Shown here piece after piece: positions 1-9,805 of a stretch of DNA of 64,000 bases; positions within the stretch are counted from its first letter, which is position 1; every line of letters starts with the position of its first letter. A program made the translations under genes and the position numbers. The notes under the pieces were generated by a model. That model saw only the letters and a list, made by a program, of their open reading frames with translations, was not told the origin of the DNA and did no database searches. This stretch comes from an uncultured Barnesiella sp. (GTDB lineage: Bacteria > Bacteroidota > Bacteroidia > Bacteroidales > Muribaculaceae), in assembly GCA_964569915.1 (NCBI GenBank), contig CAZMUX010000002.1, forward strand, positions 71,695-135,694, given 5' to 3'.

Positions 1-1
1 C

Positions 2-181
2 ACTGCGGAATCATTCAGGCACAACATTCTCGAAATGGGCGGAAGCGAAGACCCCATGGAGCTTTTTGTAAAATTCCGCGGACGCCAGCCCGACCCGCAG
101 GCACTGTTACGTCGCTACCATCTGCTGCCGGATAATAACAATCCGCGACTCACGATGCCCGACGACGCCCTCAAGCACTAA
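2..181 (+). CDS. M3 family metallopeptidase (peptidyl-dipeptidase Dcp-like), C-terminal part, truncated by window edge
   Basis: Manual translation in frame 2: [39 protein letters not shown]..., the typical M3A C-terminal signature (IL..GGS.DPM.L...FRGR.P...ALLR). Stop TAA at 179-181. Confidence 0.85.
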   Translation, partial: TAESFRHNILEMGGSEDPMELFVKFRGRQPDPQALLRRYHLLPDNNNPRLTMPDDALKH

Positions 182-203
182 GAAGGTGTTCCCATAATCC
201 ATA

Positions 204-245
204 GCATCCCCGCGTTCTCTATGAGCGCGGGGATGCATTTGCTTT
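204..245 (+). terminator. Intrinsic terminator hairpin
   Basis: GCATCCCCGCG / CGCGGGGATGC 11-bp stem followed by ATTTGCTTT. Confidence 0.65.
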
Positions 246-252
246 ACGGGGT

Positions 253-285
253 TAAGCATCGGTTCGACAATAAATGTTAACGGCA
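253..285. repeat. Solo copy of the MITE-like terminal repeat
   Basis: CGGTTCGACAATAAATGTTAACGGCA (260-285) matches CGGTTCGACAATAATTGTTGACGGCA (3235-3260) at 24/26 positions. Confidence 0.7.
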
Positions 286-300
286 CTAAGAAATTTTTAT

Positions 301-308
301 TAACTTTG
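301..308 (+). promoter_or_regulatory. Bacteroidetes sigma-A -7 element
   Basis: TAACTTTG matches TAnnTTTG, 5 nt before the ATG at 314. Confidence 0.65.
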
Positions 309-313
309 CGATT

Positions 314-1459
314 ATGAAACACACACTGTCGCACTTTCTTTTGTCAGGCATCTGCCTTGTCTGCGCGTCATGCGGCAGACAAGAGTCCCCGTCAGCATTT
401 ACGGCCAACACGGAAGTCTATACGCCTTCAGCGGCGTCAGGATTCACTATTACCGCCGATTCTCTGACCGGTGTCACCGCAATCAGCGTCACTGACCCGT
501 GGCAGTCGGCATCGGGCGTCACCTCAACTCTTTACATCTATCCCGAAGGAGCCGATATTCCGGCAGGAGTCAACGCAATAGCAGGCCCGGCTAAGAGAAT
601 AATAGCCATGTCATCGACCTATGTGGCCATGCTTGACGCCATCGGAGAGATTGACCGCGTGAAAGGAGTGTCGGGCATGGGTTTCATAGCCAACCCCGAA
701 ATAGCACGGCGGCGCGACAGCATTGTCGACGTAGGCAACGAAACCGATGTTGACTTCGAGCGTCTCGTGGCCGCGCGGCCAGACCTGGTCATGATTTACG
801 GTGTGTCGGGGGCAAGCGCGATGGAGCCGAAGCTCAAGGAGTTGGAAATACCTTACATCTACATTGGCGATTACCTTGAGCAGAATCACGTTGGCAAGGC
901 AGAATGGATAGTGGTGGCCGGCGAGCTCACAGGCCGACGCGACAGCGCGAAGACCTTGTTTGACGCCATCAGCAACGACTACGACTCATTGCGCCGGAGC
1001 ATTACGGTCAGTGATGCCGAAAGACCGACTGTGCTTATCAACGCCCCCTACGGCGATTCGTGGTTCATACCATCACCGGCCAACTATATGTCGCAACTTA
1101 TAAGCGATGCCGGCGCGCGTCTGCTTCAGGCTCCCGGCACCGACCCGACCGACAAGTCATCGCACCCCGTGGAAACGGAGCAGATATGGATCATGGGGCG
1201 TCAGGCCGACTTCTGGCTCAATCCGGGGCAGTACAACTCCGTGGCCGACCTCACCGATGCGCTGCCGCGATTCGCCGACATACCGGCGGTGAAGAACCAA
1301 CGCGTTGTCAACAACAATCTGCGTCTCACCACAGGTGGCGGCAACGACTTCTACGAGTCGGGGGCCATACGCCCCGACATAGTGCTACGCGACCTTATCA
1401 GCATATTCCATCCCTCCGACTCCGCAACGGAGCTGTACTACCATCACTTCCTTGAATGA
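314..1459 (+). CDS. ABC transporter substrate-binding lipoprotein, cobalamin/Fe-siderophore (BtuF-like)
   Basis: Lipoprotein signal (CASC); periplasmic binding protein class III motifs (RIIAMSST, AEWI, FYESGAIRPDIVLRDL). Confidence 0.85.
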   Translation: MKHTLSHFLLSGICLVCASCGRQESPSAFTANTEVYTPSAASGFTITADSLTGVTAISVTDPWQSASGVTSTLYIYPEGADIPAGVNAIAGPAKRIIAMSSTYVAMLDAIGEIDRVKGVSGMGFIANPEIARRRDSIVDVGNETDVDFERLVAARPDLVMIYGVSGASAMEPKLKELEIPYIYIGDYLEQNHVGKAEWIVVAGELTGRRDSAKTLFDAISNDYDSLRRSITVSDAERPTVLINAPYGDSWFIPSPANYMSQLISDAGARLLQAPGTDPTDKSSHPVETEQIWIMGRQADFWLNPGQYNSVADLTDALPRFADIPAVKNQRVVNNNLRLTTGGGNDFYESGAIRPDIVLRDLISIFHPSDSATELYYHHFLE

Positions 1460-2460
1460 AGCGAACAACATTGATATTCACCTCGCTTATAGTCATCACA
1501 GCCGTTCTGTTCGTGATTGACCTCGCCGTCGGCTCCGTATCGCTGCCGCTGAGCGACGTCATAGCCGCGCTTACGGGAGGCGACTGTGCCGACACCACAC
1601 GCGGCATTGTCTGCGACATCCGTCTTGTCAAAGCCGTCGTGGCACTATTCGCCGGATGGGCACTGAGCGTGAGCGGCCTTCAGATGCAGACCCTGTTCCG
1701 CAACCCTCTGGCCGGCCCCTATGTGCTCGGCGTCAGCTCCGGAGCGAGCCTTGCAGTGGCTCTGTTCCTGATTGGCGCACCCCTCTTAGGTTATTCGCTC
1801 AGCGGACAGCTGTCGACCATCGGCATAGCCGCCGCCGCATGGGCAGGCTCGACCATGGTGCTCGGCATAATGGCCGCAGCATCAGCCCGCATCAAGGATA
1901 TAATGGTCATTCTCATTCTCGGCATGATGATAGCCTCTGGCATCAGCGCCATAGTGCAGATACTGCAGTATCTTAGCTCGGATAACGCCCTCAAATCGTT
2001 TGTAATCTGGACGATGGGGTCACTCGGCAACGTCACTTCCGAGCAACTACCGTTGTTGGCAGGCGCCATACTGGCCGGACTTGCCGTAGCCATAGTCACA
2101 ATTAAGCCGCTCAACCTCCTGCTGCTCGGCGAGGAATATGCCCTCTCGCTCGGCATCAATATGCGCCGCAGCCGTATGCTCGTATTTCTGAGTACTGTTC
2201 TGCTGGCCGGCACTGTCACCGCCTTCTGCGGACCCATCGGCTTCATCGGCCTGGCAATGCCCCATGTGGCGCGGATGCTGTTTGCCACCGCCGACCACCG
2301 AGTGCTTCTGCCGGGCGCGGCCCTTACCGGCGGTGCGGTGATGCTCGGATGCGATGTGCTTTCAAAATCGTTCACACTGCCGGTAAATGCCGTCACTGCC
2401 CTCATTGGCATCCCTATCGTCATCTGGATTGTAATACGCAACAAGTCAATGGCCGTATGA
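1456..2460 (+). CDS. FecCD/BtuC family ABC permease
   Basis: Hydrophobic; GLQMQTLFRNPLAGPYVLGVSSGA and GPIGFIGLAMPH motifs; ATGA overlap with upstream gene. Confidence 0.92.
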   Translation: MKRTTLIFTSLIVITAVLFVIDLAVGSVSLPLSDVIAALTGGDCADTTRGIVCDIRLVKAVVALFAGWALSVSGLQMQTLFRNPLAGPYVLGVSSGASLAVALFLIGAPLLGYSLSGQLSTIGIAAAAWAGSTMVLGIMAAASARIKDIMVILILGMMIASGISAIVQILQYLSSDNALKSFVIWTMGSLGNVTSEQLPLLAGAILAGLAVAIVTIKPLNLLLLGEEYALSLGINMRRSRMLVFLSTVLLAGTVTAFCGPIGFIGLAMPHVARMLFATADHRVLLPGAALTGGAVMLGCDVLSKSFTLPVNAVTALIGIPIVIWIVIRNKSMAV

Positions 2461-3185
2461 TAAAGCTTGAGAATCTGACAATGGGTTTCGGGCGGCGGAA
2501 GCTGATTGAAAACGCTTGCGCCGAATTCGGGAGCGGACGGCTCACGGCACTGCTGGGGCGCAACGGCTCCGGCAAGTCGACACTGCTGAGAGCCATGGCC
2601 GGCCTCAACCGCAACTACACGGGCAGCATCATTATCGATGGCAACCCCGACATCGCCGCATCGCCGCATAGGGCACGCACTGTGGCGTTCGTCAACACCT
2701 CGAGAGTCAGGACTGCCGGCCTGCGCTGTCGCGACGTGGTGGCACTCGGACGCGCGCCCTACACCAACTGGCTCGGACATATGCAGCCGCAGGACCGCGA
2801 GATAACCGAAACCGCACTCCGCCGTGTGAGTATGATTGATTTCGCCGACCGACCTATCGACACCCTAAGCGACGGCGAGACACAGCGTGTAATGATAGCC
2901 CGCGCTCTGGCGCAGGACACTCCGGTGATTCTTCTTGACGAACCAACATCCTTTCTCGACCTTCCCAACCGCTATGAAGTGGTCAGCCTGCTGCGCGACC
3001 TGACGCGCACCGCTGGCAAGTGCATAGTCTTTTCAACCCACGAGCTTGACATAGCACTGCGCCTGGCCGACGACATAGCGCTCATCGACACCCCGCGGCT
3101 CATCACCGCCACAGCCTCCGAGACCGCCGAATCCGGCATAGTGAGCCGTGTATTCGCCATTCCGGATGCAACAATTTTTGTTTGA
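2457..3185 (+). CDS. ABC transporter ATP-binding protein (FecE/BtuD-like)
   Basis: Walker A GRNGSGKS, signature LSDGETQR, Walker B LLDEPT; start moved to the ATG overlapping the permease stop. Confidence 0.92.
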   Translation: MIKLENLTMGFGRRKLIENACAEFGSGRLTALLGRNGSGKSTLLRAMAGLNRNYTGSIIIDGNPDIAASPHRARTVAFVNTSRVRTAGLRCRDVVALGRAPYTNWLGHMQPQDREITETALRRVSMIDFADRPIDTLSDGETQRVMIARALAQDTPVILLDEPTSFLDLPNRYEVVSLLRDLTRTAGKCIVFSTHELDIALRLADDIALIDTPRLITATASETAESGIVSRVFAIPDATIFV

Positions 3186-3227
3186 TAGGCACAAATATCA
3201 AACTAAATTATTATCTTCGCGAAAAAC

Positions 3228-3488
3228 TAAGAGCCGGTTCGACAATAATTGTTGACGGCAGCGACGCATAGTCCGAGTCGGTTTGCGTTTTGTAACGAAA
3301 GAATGTACTCTATGTACATGACTGAAAAAACAAATCGGGAAACTTCCGGACTATGCGGAATAAATAAAATTTCGTACAACCAAAAAAAGTATTAAATATT
3401 TCAAATAATTTAAACATGACGGTTCAACATAATTAGAATAATAGCGGCCCTCAGCCTTGCCGTTAACAATTATTGCGAACCGACTTTA
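3228..3488. mobile_element. MITE-like non-autonomous element, ~30-bp imperfect terminal inverted repeats and internal nested hairpin
   Basis: TAAGAGCCGGTTCGACAATAATTGTTGACGGCA (3228-3260) vs TGCCGTTAACAATTATTGCGAACCGACTTTA (3458-3488); internal stem CGCATAGTCCG (3265-3275) / CGGACTATGCG (3347-3357). Confidence 0.6.
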
Positions 3489-3501
3489 AATCCATATTAT
3501 C

Positions 3502-5787
3502 ATGAACAAACTCAAGATAGTCGCTATGGCACTCTTTTCAACAGCCACAGCGGGCGTTTCGGCTCAAGTCTACGTCCAAACCGATGCCTACCGCTGGCAG
3601 GGAGACTCAATAATACAGGGCGAATTCACCGCCTATGCACCCGACGACACAACGCTGATTTCCAACTACTCGGCTCAGCCCCACTATTTTATGCCGATTG
3701 ACAAAAAGTGGACGCTGAAGAACGACATTTCCGGCTATCCGAAACTCGTCACCGGCAACCGACTTCACAACGCCGTCTACAATATGGCGCTCGACGAGAT
3801 GGTGAACGCCGTAGAGCCTGACACCACCCTGCGCACAGGCAAGGAGTGGGCCGGTGTATGGACCCGCGACGTGTCTTACTCCATCATTCTCTCCATGGCG
3901 CATCTTCAGCCCGAGGCCTCAAAAATCTCCCTGATGAAGAAAGTCAATGCCAACGGACGCATCGTGCAGGACACTGGTTCGGGAGGCGCATGGCCCGTAA
4001 GTTCCGACCGCCAAATTTGGACCGTGGCCGCCTATCAGCTCTATAAAGTGACCGGCGACCGCCAGTGGCTCGAGTTCATCTACCCCATCATAAAAAACTC
4101 CATCGAAGACGACCTCAAGGTAGTGCTCCACAACGGACTAATCAACGGCGAGACATCGTTCATCGACTGGCGCGAGCAGAGCTATCCCAAATGGATGCAG
4201 ACAGCCGACATCTACGCCTCACAGGCATCAGGCACAGGCGCAGTGTTCGCTACGGCCCTCGACATACTCTCGGAAATAGCATCGGAATTAGGCCATGCCG
4301 ATGAAGCTGAAAAATATGCCTCATGCGCGGCCGACCTCAAGCAGAATCTCGTCGGCACGTTCTGGATGCCTGAAAACGGATACATGGCCATGTACACCTA
4401 TGGCGACAACTTCCCCATCCTGAACCCGCGCTCCGAAACCCTCGGCCAGGCATTCGGCATTCTCAACGGACTTTTCACGCCCGAACAGGCCTCGTCAATA
4501 ACACAGAACGTACCCGTGACACCTTACGGCCCGGCAATCTTCTATCCGCAGATTTCCGATATGCCCGCCTACCACAACAACGCCCTCTGGCCCTGGGTAG
4601 GCGCATTTTGGACACTCGCCAACGCCCGCACCGGCAATGAGCAGGGCGTGATGGACGGCATCGGCTCGGTGTTCCGTCCCGCCGCCCTTTTCACCACCAA
4701 CAAAGAGAACTTCAATCTCGACAACGGCGACATCGCCACCGAACTGAACTCCTCGAATATGCTTTGGTGTCTTGCAGGCAACCTCGCCATAACCTACAAC
4801 GTGCTTTTCGGCATTGACTATCAGACCGACGGCCTCCACATAGCACCTTTTGTCCCGAAGGTGCTTGAGGGCGAGCGCACACTACTCAACTATCCCTACC
4901 GCAACGCCACGCTCAACATCACCGTCAAAGGCTACGGCGACACCGTCAGTTCAATGACCGTCAACGGCGTGGAAAACAGCTCACGCATCATTCCTGCCGA
5001 CGCTTCAGGAGTGCTTGACGTGGTTGTAACCATGAACAGCGAGCCGATTGCGCCCATGGCCGTCAACCATCAGCCCAACCGTAAGGCGCCCATCACCCCC
5101 ATAGCTCGTCTGAGCAACGACCCGTTGCTCGACGGCAAGAACGTACCCGTCAACAACCGTCTGAGCTGGAACCCCATAGAGTACATAGCCGGCTACATAG
5201 TGCTCCGCGACGGCAAACCCGTAGAGGAGACCCGTCAGACCACCTACGCCGCCACCATCCCCGGTGTCTATCAGGTGATAGGCGTCAGCTCGGAGGGCAT
5301 TCAGAGCTTCGCGTCGGAGCCGCTGTCAAACTATCCCGTAACCTGTTACAATCCCCAGATAGAATCCACCGTAATGCACTCCCGCGAAGTCAGCTATCAG
5401 CCCGACCACGCAGTGAAAGGTTACAGCGGCTCGGGATTCGCCGAGATTGACCACAACACAGCGCCCCTGTCATTTAAAGTCAAGGCTCGGGAGGGAGGCC
5501 GCTACTCCATCAGTTTCCGCTATGCCAACGGCAACGGCCCCGTCAACACCGAAAACAAGTGCGCAATCCGCACCGTCCTCGTCGATGGACGTGTTGCAGG
5601 CACCATCGTAATGCCCCACCGCGGTGTCGGCAACTGGGATGACTGGGGTCTGACCAATTCAGTCAGCGTCGACCTTCCCAAAGGTCAGCACACCATTACC
5701 GTGGTCTTCGAGCCTTACGACGAAAACATGAACCTCGGCACTAATCACGCCCTGATTGACCGCCTCGAACTGACCCGGCTGTTCTAA
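3502..5787 (+). CDS. Secreted glycogen-debranching-like (alpha/alpha)6 glycoside hydrolase with C-terminal CBM35/CBM6-like module
   Basis: SPI signal peptide; GVWTRD, GETSFIDWREQSYP, YHNNALWPWV motifs; C-terminal FRYANGNG...W.DWG..N jelly-roll CBM. Confidence 0.75.
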   Translation: MNKLKIVAMALFSTATAGVSAQVYVQTDAYRWQGDSIIQGEFTAYAPDDTTLISNYSAQPHYFMPIDKKWTLKNDISGYPKLVTGNRLHNAVYNMALDEMVNAVEPDTTLRTGKEWAGVWTRDVSYSIILSMAHLQPEASKISLMKKVNANGRIVQDTGSGGAWPVSSDRQIWTVAAYQLYKVTGDRQWLEFIYPIIKNSIEDDLKVVLHNGLINGETSFIDWREQSYPKWMQTADIYASQASGTGAVFATALDILSEIASELGHADEAEKYASCAADLKQNLVGTFWMPENGYMAMYTYGDNFPILNPRSETLGQAFGILNGLFTPEQASSITQNVPVTPYGPAIFYPQISDMPAYHNNALWPWVGAFWTLANARTGNEQGVMDGIGSVFRPAALFTTNKENFNLDNGDIATELNSSNMLWCLAGNLAITYNVLFGIDYQTDGLHIAPFVPKVLEGERTLLNYPYRNATLNITVKGYGDTVSSMTVNGVENSSRIIPADASGVLDVVVTMNSEPIAPMAVNHQPNRKAPITPIARLSNDPLLDGKNVPVNNRLSWNPIEYIAGYIVLRDGKPVEETRQTTYAATIPGVYQVIGVSSEGIQSFASEPLSNYPVTCYNPQIESTVMHSREVSYQPDHAVKGYSGSGFAEIDHNTAPLSFKVKAREGGRYSISFRYANGNGPVNTENKCAIRTVLVDGRVAGTIVMPHRGVGNWDDWGLTNSVSVDLPKGQHTITVVFEPYDENMNLGTNHALIDRLELTRLF

Positions 5788-5870
5788 GAGAAAACCCGCC
5801 ACTATTTTCGCTATTGAGGAGGCTTTAAAGAATTTTTTCCTTAATTATTGCCCATCAGGCGAAATAATGT

Positions 5871-5878
5871 TAATTTTG
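5871..5878 (+). promoter_or_regulatory. -7 promoter element of the sdh operon
   Basis: TAATTTTG ~50 nt upstream of the sdhC ATG. Confidence 0.6.
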
Positions 5879-5927
5879 CAGAAAATATTCCAAAATCAAA
5901 TTACTAATTTAATTCCTTTAAACTTCT

Positions 5928-6857
5928 ATGTGGTTAACAAGCTCATCAATAGGAAGAAAGACAGTCATGGCCTTGACCGGAGCTTTCCTTGTCCTGTTTG
6001 TTACATTTCACGTGTTGATGAATGGAGTTGCACTGTTTTGGCCCACGGCCTATAACACCGTGTGCGAATTCTTAGGCGCCAACTGGTATGCCCTGTTAGG
6101 GTCGGCCGTTCTCGCATTGGGATTCCTCCTTCACATCCTCTTCGCACTGTGGCTCACCTGGCAGAACCGCCGCGCCCGCGGAAGCAACCGCTACGCAGTC
6201 ACCTCACGTCCTAAACAAGTGGAATGGGCATCGAAAAATATGCTCGTACTTGGCATCGTCGTCATCTGCTTCTTGGCTGTACATATGTATCAGTTCTGGG
6301 CAAAGATGCAGCTGGTTGAAGTGCTTCACCTTCCCAGCGACTATCCCCCCGCAGCCGGCACCCTCTTCATTCAGGAAGCCTTCTCATGTCCTTGGACTCT
6401 CATCATCTATCTGATAGGCTTCATAGCCCTGTGGTTCCACCTCACACACGGAATTTGGTCGATGTGCCATACTATCGGATGGAACAACGGCATCTGGATG
6501 AACCGCCTGAAAACAATCGGCAACATCTGGGCCACATTCATCGTTCTGCTCTTCGTGGCTGAAGCCGTAGTGTTCACAGTTAACTCCAAGAAAAACAACT
6601 ACCTCAATTGCCCCGCTCTTCAAGAGCAGTATCTTGAGATGGCAGCCGAAGGCGAAGATTACCCCATGCTCCAGTCATTTGCCCCTGAAGCAGCCATTAG
6701 CTGCGACGCCTGCCCCAACGCTGCAGCCGAAGAAGCCGTAGCTCCCGCTGAAGCAGCCACTAGCTGCGACGCCTGCCCCAATGCTGCAACCGAAGAAGCC
6801 GTAGCTCCCGCTGTAGAAGAGACACAAGTTTCAGAAACCCTTCAACAAATTATTTAA
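5928..6857 (+). CDS. sdhC: Succinate dehydrogenase/fumarate reductase cytochrome b subunit
   Basis: [18 protein letters not shown] start, heme-ligand His residues, first gene of sdhCAB. Confidence 0.93.
   Translation: MWLTSSSIGRKTVMALTGAFLVLFVTFHVLMNGVALFWPTAYNTVCEFLGANWYALLGSAVLALGFLLHILFALWLTWQNRRARGSNRYAVTSRPKQVEWASKNMLVLGIVVICFLAVHMYQFWAKMQLVEVLHLPSDYPPAAGTLFIQEAFSCPWTLIIYLIGFIALWFHLTHGIWSMCHTIGWNNGIWMNRLKTIGNIWATFIVLLFVAEAVVFTVNSKKNNYLNCPALQEQYLEMAAEGEDYPMLQSFAPEAAISCDACPNAAAEEAVAPAEAATSCDACPNAATEEAVAPAVEETQVSETLQQII
6685..6813 (+). repeat. 63-bp in-frame tandem repeat (2 copies) encoding [21 protein letters not shown]
   Basis: Units start at 6685 and 6748 and differ at 3 positions. 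Confidence 0.95.
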
Positions 6858-6868
6858 TCCATACAGAT

Positions 6869-8911
6869 ATGGCAGACATCAAGAATCTCGAAGGGATGAT
6901 AGACTCAACCCCTATCATGAACAATTTCGCTGACGTAGAGTCATCGAAACTCCCTGAATATCAGATAGACTCAAAAATCCCGGAAGGTCCCATAGCTGAA
7001 AAATGGACCAACTATAAAGCCCATCAGAAACTCGTCAACCCCGCCAACAAGCGTAACCTCGACATCATTGTAGTCGGCACCGGTCTGGCAGGCGCATCGG
7101 CAGCATCCAGCCTCGGCGAAATGGGCTTCAATGTCCTCAACTTCTGCATTCAGGACTCACCCCGCCGCGCCCACTCCATTGCAGCGCAAGGCGGTATAAA
7201 CGCAGCCAAGAACTATCAGAACGACGGCGACTCCATCTACCGCCTGTTCTATGACACAGTAAAAGGTGGCGACTTCCGTTCACGCGAAGCCAACGTCTAC
7301 CGTCTGGCCGAAGTATCCAATAACATCATCGACCAGTGCGTTCAGCAGGGCGTTCCCTTCGCCCGCGAATACGGCGGCCTGCTTGCCAACCGTTCATTCG
7401 GTGGCGCACAGGTGTCACGTACATTCTACGCCAAAGGCCAGACCGGCCAGCAGCTGCTTCTCGGCGCCTACTCCTCACTGAACCGTCAGATTAAGAAAGG
7501 CACCGTTAAGTCATTCAACCGCCGCGAGATGCTCGACCTCGTGCTCATCCCCGATGAAAACGGCGTAAAACGCGCACGCGGCATCATCGTCCGCAACCTC
7601 GTGACAGGCAAGCTCGAGCGCTACGCCGCCCACGCAGTGGTGCTCGCCACCGGTGGCTACGGACGCACATTCTTCCTCTCAACCAACGCCATGGGCTGCA
7701 ATGGTTCAGCCGCCATTCAGGCCTTCCGCAAAGGCGCCTATCTGTCCAACCTCGCCTTCACACAGATTCACCCGACCTGTATTCCCGTACACGGCGAAGA
7801 CCAGTCGAAGCTGACCCTCATGAGCGAATCGCTCCGTAACGACGGCCGCATCTGGGTGCCCAAGAAAATAGAAGACGCACAGGCCATCCGCGCCGGCAAG
7901 CTCAAACCCACCGACATTCCTGACGAAGATCGCGACTTCTATCTCGAACGCCGCTATCCCGCTTTCGGCAACCTTTGCCCCCGCGACATCGCATCACGCG
8001 CCGCCAAAGAGCGCTGCGACGCCGGCTACGGTGTAGGCACAGGCAACGCCGTCTACCTCGACTTCAAATATGCCATCGAACGTCTGGGCGCCGACGTGGT
8101 ACGTGACCGCTACGGAAACCTCTTCGACATGTATCAGATGATTTCCGATGACAACCCCTACGAGACCCCTATGATGATATTCCCCGCCAGCCATTACACC
8201 ATGGGCGGCATCTGGGTGGACTACGAGCTCCAAACCTCCATCAAGGGCCTCTTCGCCATCGGCGAGTGCAACTTCTCCGACCACGGTGCAAACCGTCTGG
8301 GCGCATCAGCCCTCATGCAGGGTCTTGCCGACGGCTACTTCGTTCTGCCCTACACCTTGCAGAACTATCTGAGCGACCAGATTAAAGTGCCTCACTTCAA
8401 GACCAACGCTCCCGAATTTACCGAGGCTGAGAATGCCGTTCAGCAGCGCATTGAGAAACTCATGAACATCAACGGCACACAATCGCCTGACCAGATTCAC
8501 AAACGTCTTGGCCATGTGATGTGGAACCTCGTGGGCATGGGCCGCACACTTCAGAGCCTCGTAAAAGCCATCGGCGAAATCGAGGAAGTGCGCAAGACAT
8601 TCTATTCCGACCTCCGCATAGTCGGCAACGCTAACGACCTCAACACCGAGCTTGAAAAAGCTCTCCGTCTGGAAGACTTCCTCGAAATGGCCCGCATGAT
8701 GGCTATCGACGCCCTCAACCGCAACGAATCGTGCGGCGCACACTTCCGTGAGGAATATCAGACAGCCGACGGTGAGGCAGCCCGCCGCGACGACGAATAT
8801 ATGTATGTCAGCTGCTGGAAATACACCGGCGACGACGAGAAGCCCATACTGCTCAAAGAGCCGCTCAAATACGAAGCCATCAAGGTGCAGACACGTAACT
8901 ACAAATCGTAA
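6869..8911 (+). CDS. sdhA: Succinate dehydrogenase/fumarate reductase flavoprotein subunit
   Basis: FAD-binding [38 protein letters not shown]. Confidence 0.97.
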   Translation: MADIKNLEGMIDSTPIMNNFADVESSKLPEYQIDSKIPEGPIAEKWTNYKAHQKLVNPANKRNLDIIVVGTGLAGASAASSLGEMGFNVLNFCIQDSPRRAHSIAAQGGINAAKNYQNDGDSIYRLFYDTVKGGDFRSREANVYRLAEVSNNIIDQCVQQGVPFAREYGGLLANRSFGGAQVSRTFYAKGQTGQQLLLGAYSSLNRQIKKGTVKSFNRREMLDLVLIPDENGVKRARGIIVRNLVTGKLERYAAHAVVLATGGYGRTFFLSTNAMGCNGSAAIQAFRKGAYLSNLAFTQIHPTCIPVHGEDQSKLTLMSESLRNDGRIWVPKKIEDAQAIRAGKLKPTDIPDEDRDFYLERRYPAFGNLCPRDIASRAAKERCDAGYGVGTGNAVYLDFKYAIERLGADVVRDRYGNLFDMYQMISDDNPYETPMMIFPASHYTMGGIWVDYELQTSIKGLFAIGECNFSDHGANRLGASALMQGLADGYFVLPYTLQNYLSDQIKVPHFKTNAPEFTEAENAVQQRIEKLMNINGTQSPDQIHKRLGHVMWNLVGMGRTLQSLVKAIGEIEEVRKTFYSDLRIVGNANDLNTELEKALRLEDFLEMARMMAIDALNRNESCGAHFREEYQTADGEAARRDDEYMYVSCWKYTGDDEKPILLKEPLKYEAIKVQTRNYKS

Positions 8912-8946
8912 TCCACCTACGTCAAATTCTTAAGAAATTCAAAACA

Positions 8947-9702
8947 ATGGAACATACTATAAACGTAAACTTGAAAATTTGGCGTCAGAGAGGCCCCAAA
9001 GAAAAAGGCCGCTTCGTCAATTACCGAGTAGAGAACGTATCGACCGGCAGCTCTTTCCTTGAAATGCTCGATATGCTCAACCAGCAGCTCGTAGAGCAAG
9101 GCGAGGAGCCCGTGGTATTCGACAACGACTGCCGCGAAGGCATCTGCGGAATGTGCTCCCTCTATATCAACGGACATCCCCACGGACCCGTTCAGGGCAT
9201 CACAACCTGCCAGCTGCATATGCGCAAATTTAACGACGAGGATACCATCACCATAGAGCCCTGGCGCTCGGCTGCATTCCCCGTAATCCGCGACCTCATC
9301 GTTGACCGCAACGCCTTCGACAAAATTCAGCAGGCCGGCGGCTATGTATCGATGAACTGCGGCGGCGCACCCGACGCCAACGCCACTCCCATCTCGAAAG
9401 AAGTGGCCGACGTAGCCATGGACTCAGCTACCTGCATCGGCTGCGGCGCTTGCGTGGCAGCCTGCAAAAACGGTTCAGCCATGCTTTTCGTGGCAGCCAA
9501 GGTCAGCCAGTTCGCACTCCTGCCCCAGGGTCAGGTTGAACGTTACCGCCGTGCACGCGCCATGGTGAAAACCATGGACGACCTCGGCTTCGGCAACTGC
9601 ACCAACACCGGTGCCTGCGCAGCCGAATGCCCCAAGAGCATTCCTCTGAGCAACATCGCACGTCTCAACCGCGAATATCTCCACGCAAAGATTAAAGACT
9701 GA
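8947..9702 (+). CDS. sdhB: Succinate dehydrogenase/fumarate reductase iron-sulfur subunit
   Basis: [32 protein letters not shown] Fe-S motifs. Confidence 0.97.
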   Translation: MEHTINVNLKIWRQRGPKEKGRFVNYRVENVSTGSSFLEMLDMLNQQLVEQGEEPVVFDNDCREGICGMCSLYINGHPHGPVQGITTCQLHMRKFNDEDTITIEPWRSAAFPVIRDLIVDRNAFDKIQQAGGYVSMNCGGAPDANATPISKEVADVAMDSATCIGCGACVAACKNGSAMLFVAAKVSQFALLPQGQVERYRRARAMVKTMDDLGFGNCTNTGACAAECPKSIPLSNIARLNREYLHAKIKD

Positions 9703-9733
9703 CCCGAAACTTACGGTCAGTAAAACCACACTC

Positions 9734-9772
9734 CGAGGCTGTGTCAAAATACAAGATTTTGGCGCAGCCTCG
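9734..9772. repeat. REP-like hairpin (GAGGCTGTGTCAAAA family), probable terminator
   Basis: CGAGGCTGTGTCAAAAT-ACAAG-ATTTTGGCGCAGCCTCG. Confidence 0.75.
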
Positions 9773-9805
9773 AAATTTTTTAACTACCTTTACGCCTGAA
9801 AAACT

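Noticed and set aside
1791-2780. Long antisense ORF (329 aa), and similar ones at 25902-26630, 27422-28147, 50901-51557 and 57877-58416
   Set aside because: They lie opposite well-supported genes and carry no motifs; expected shadows of strong third-position codon bias
6685-6813. Tandem repeat as a possible CRISPR array
   Set aside because: In-frame coding repeat without spacers; no cas genes in the window
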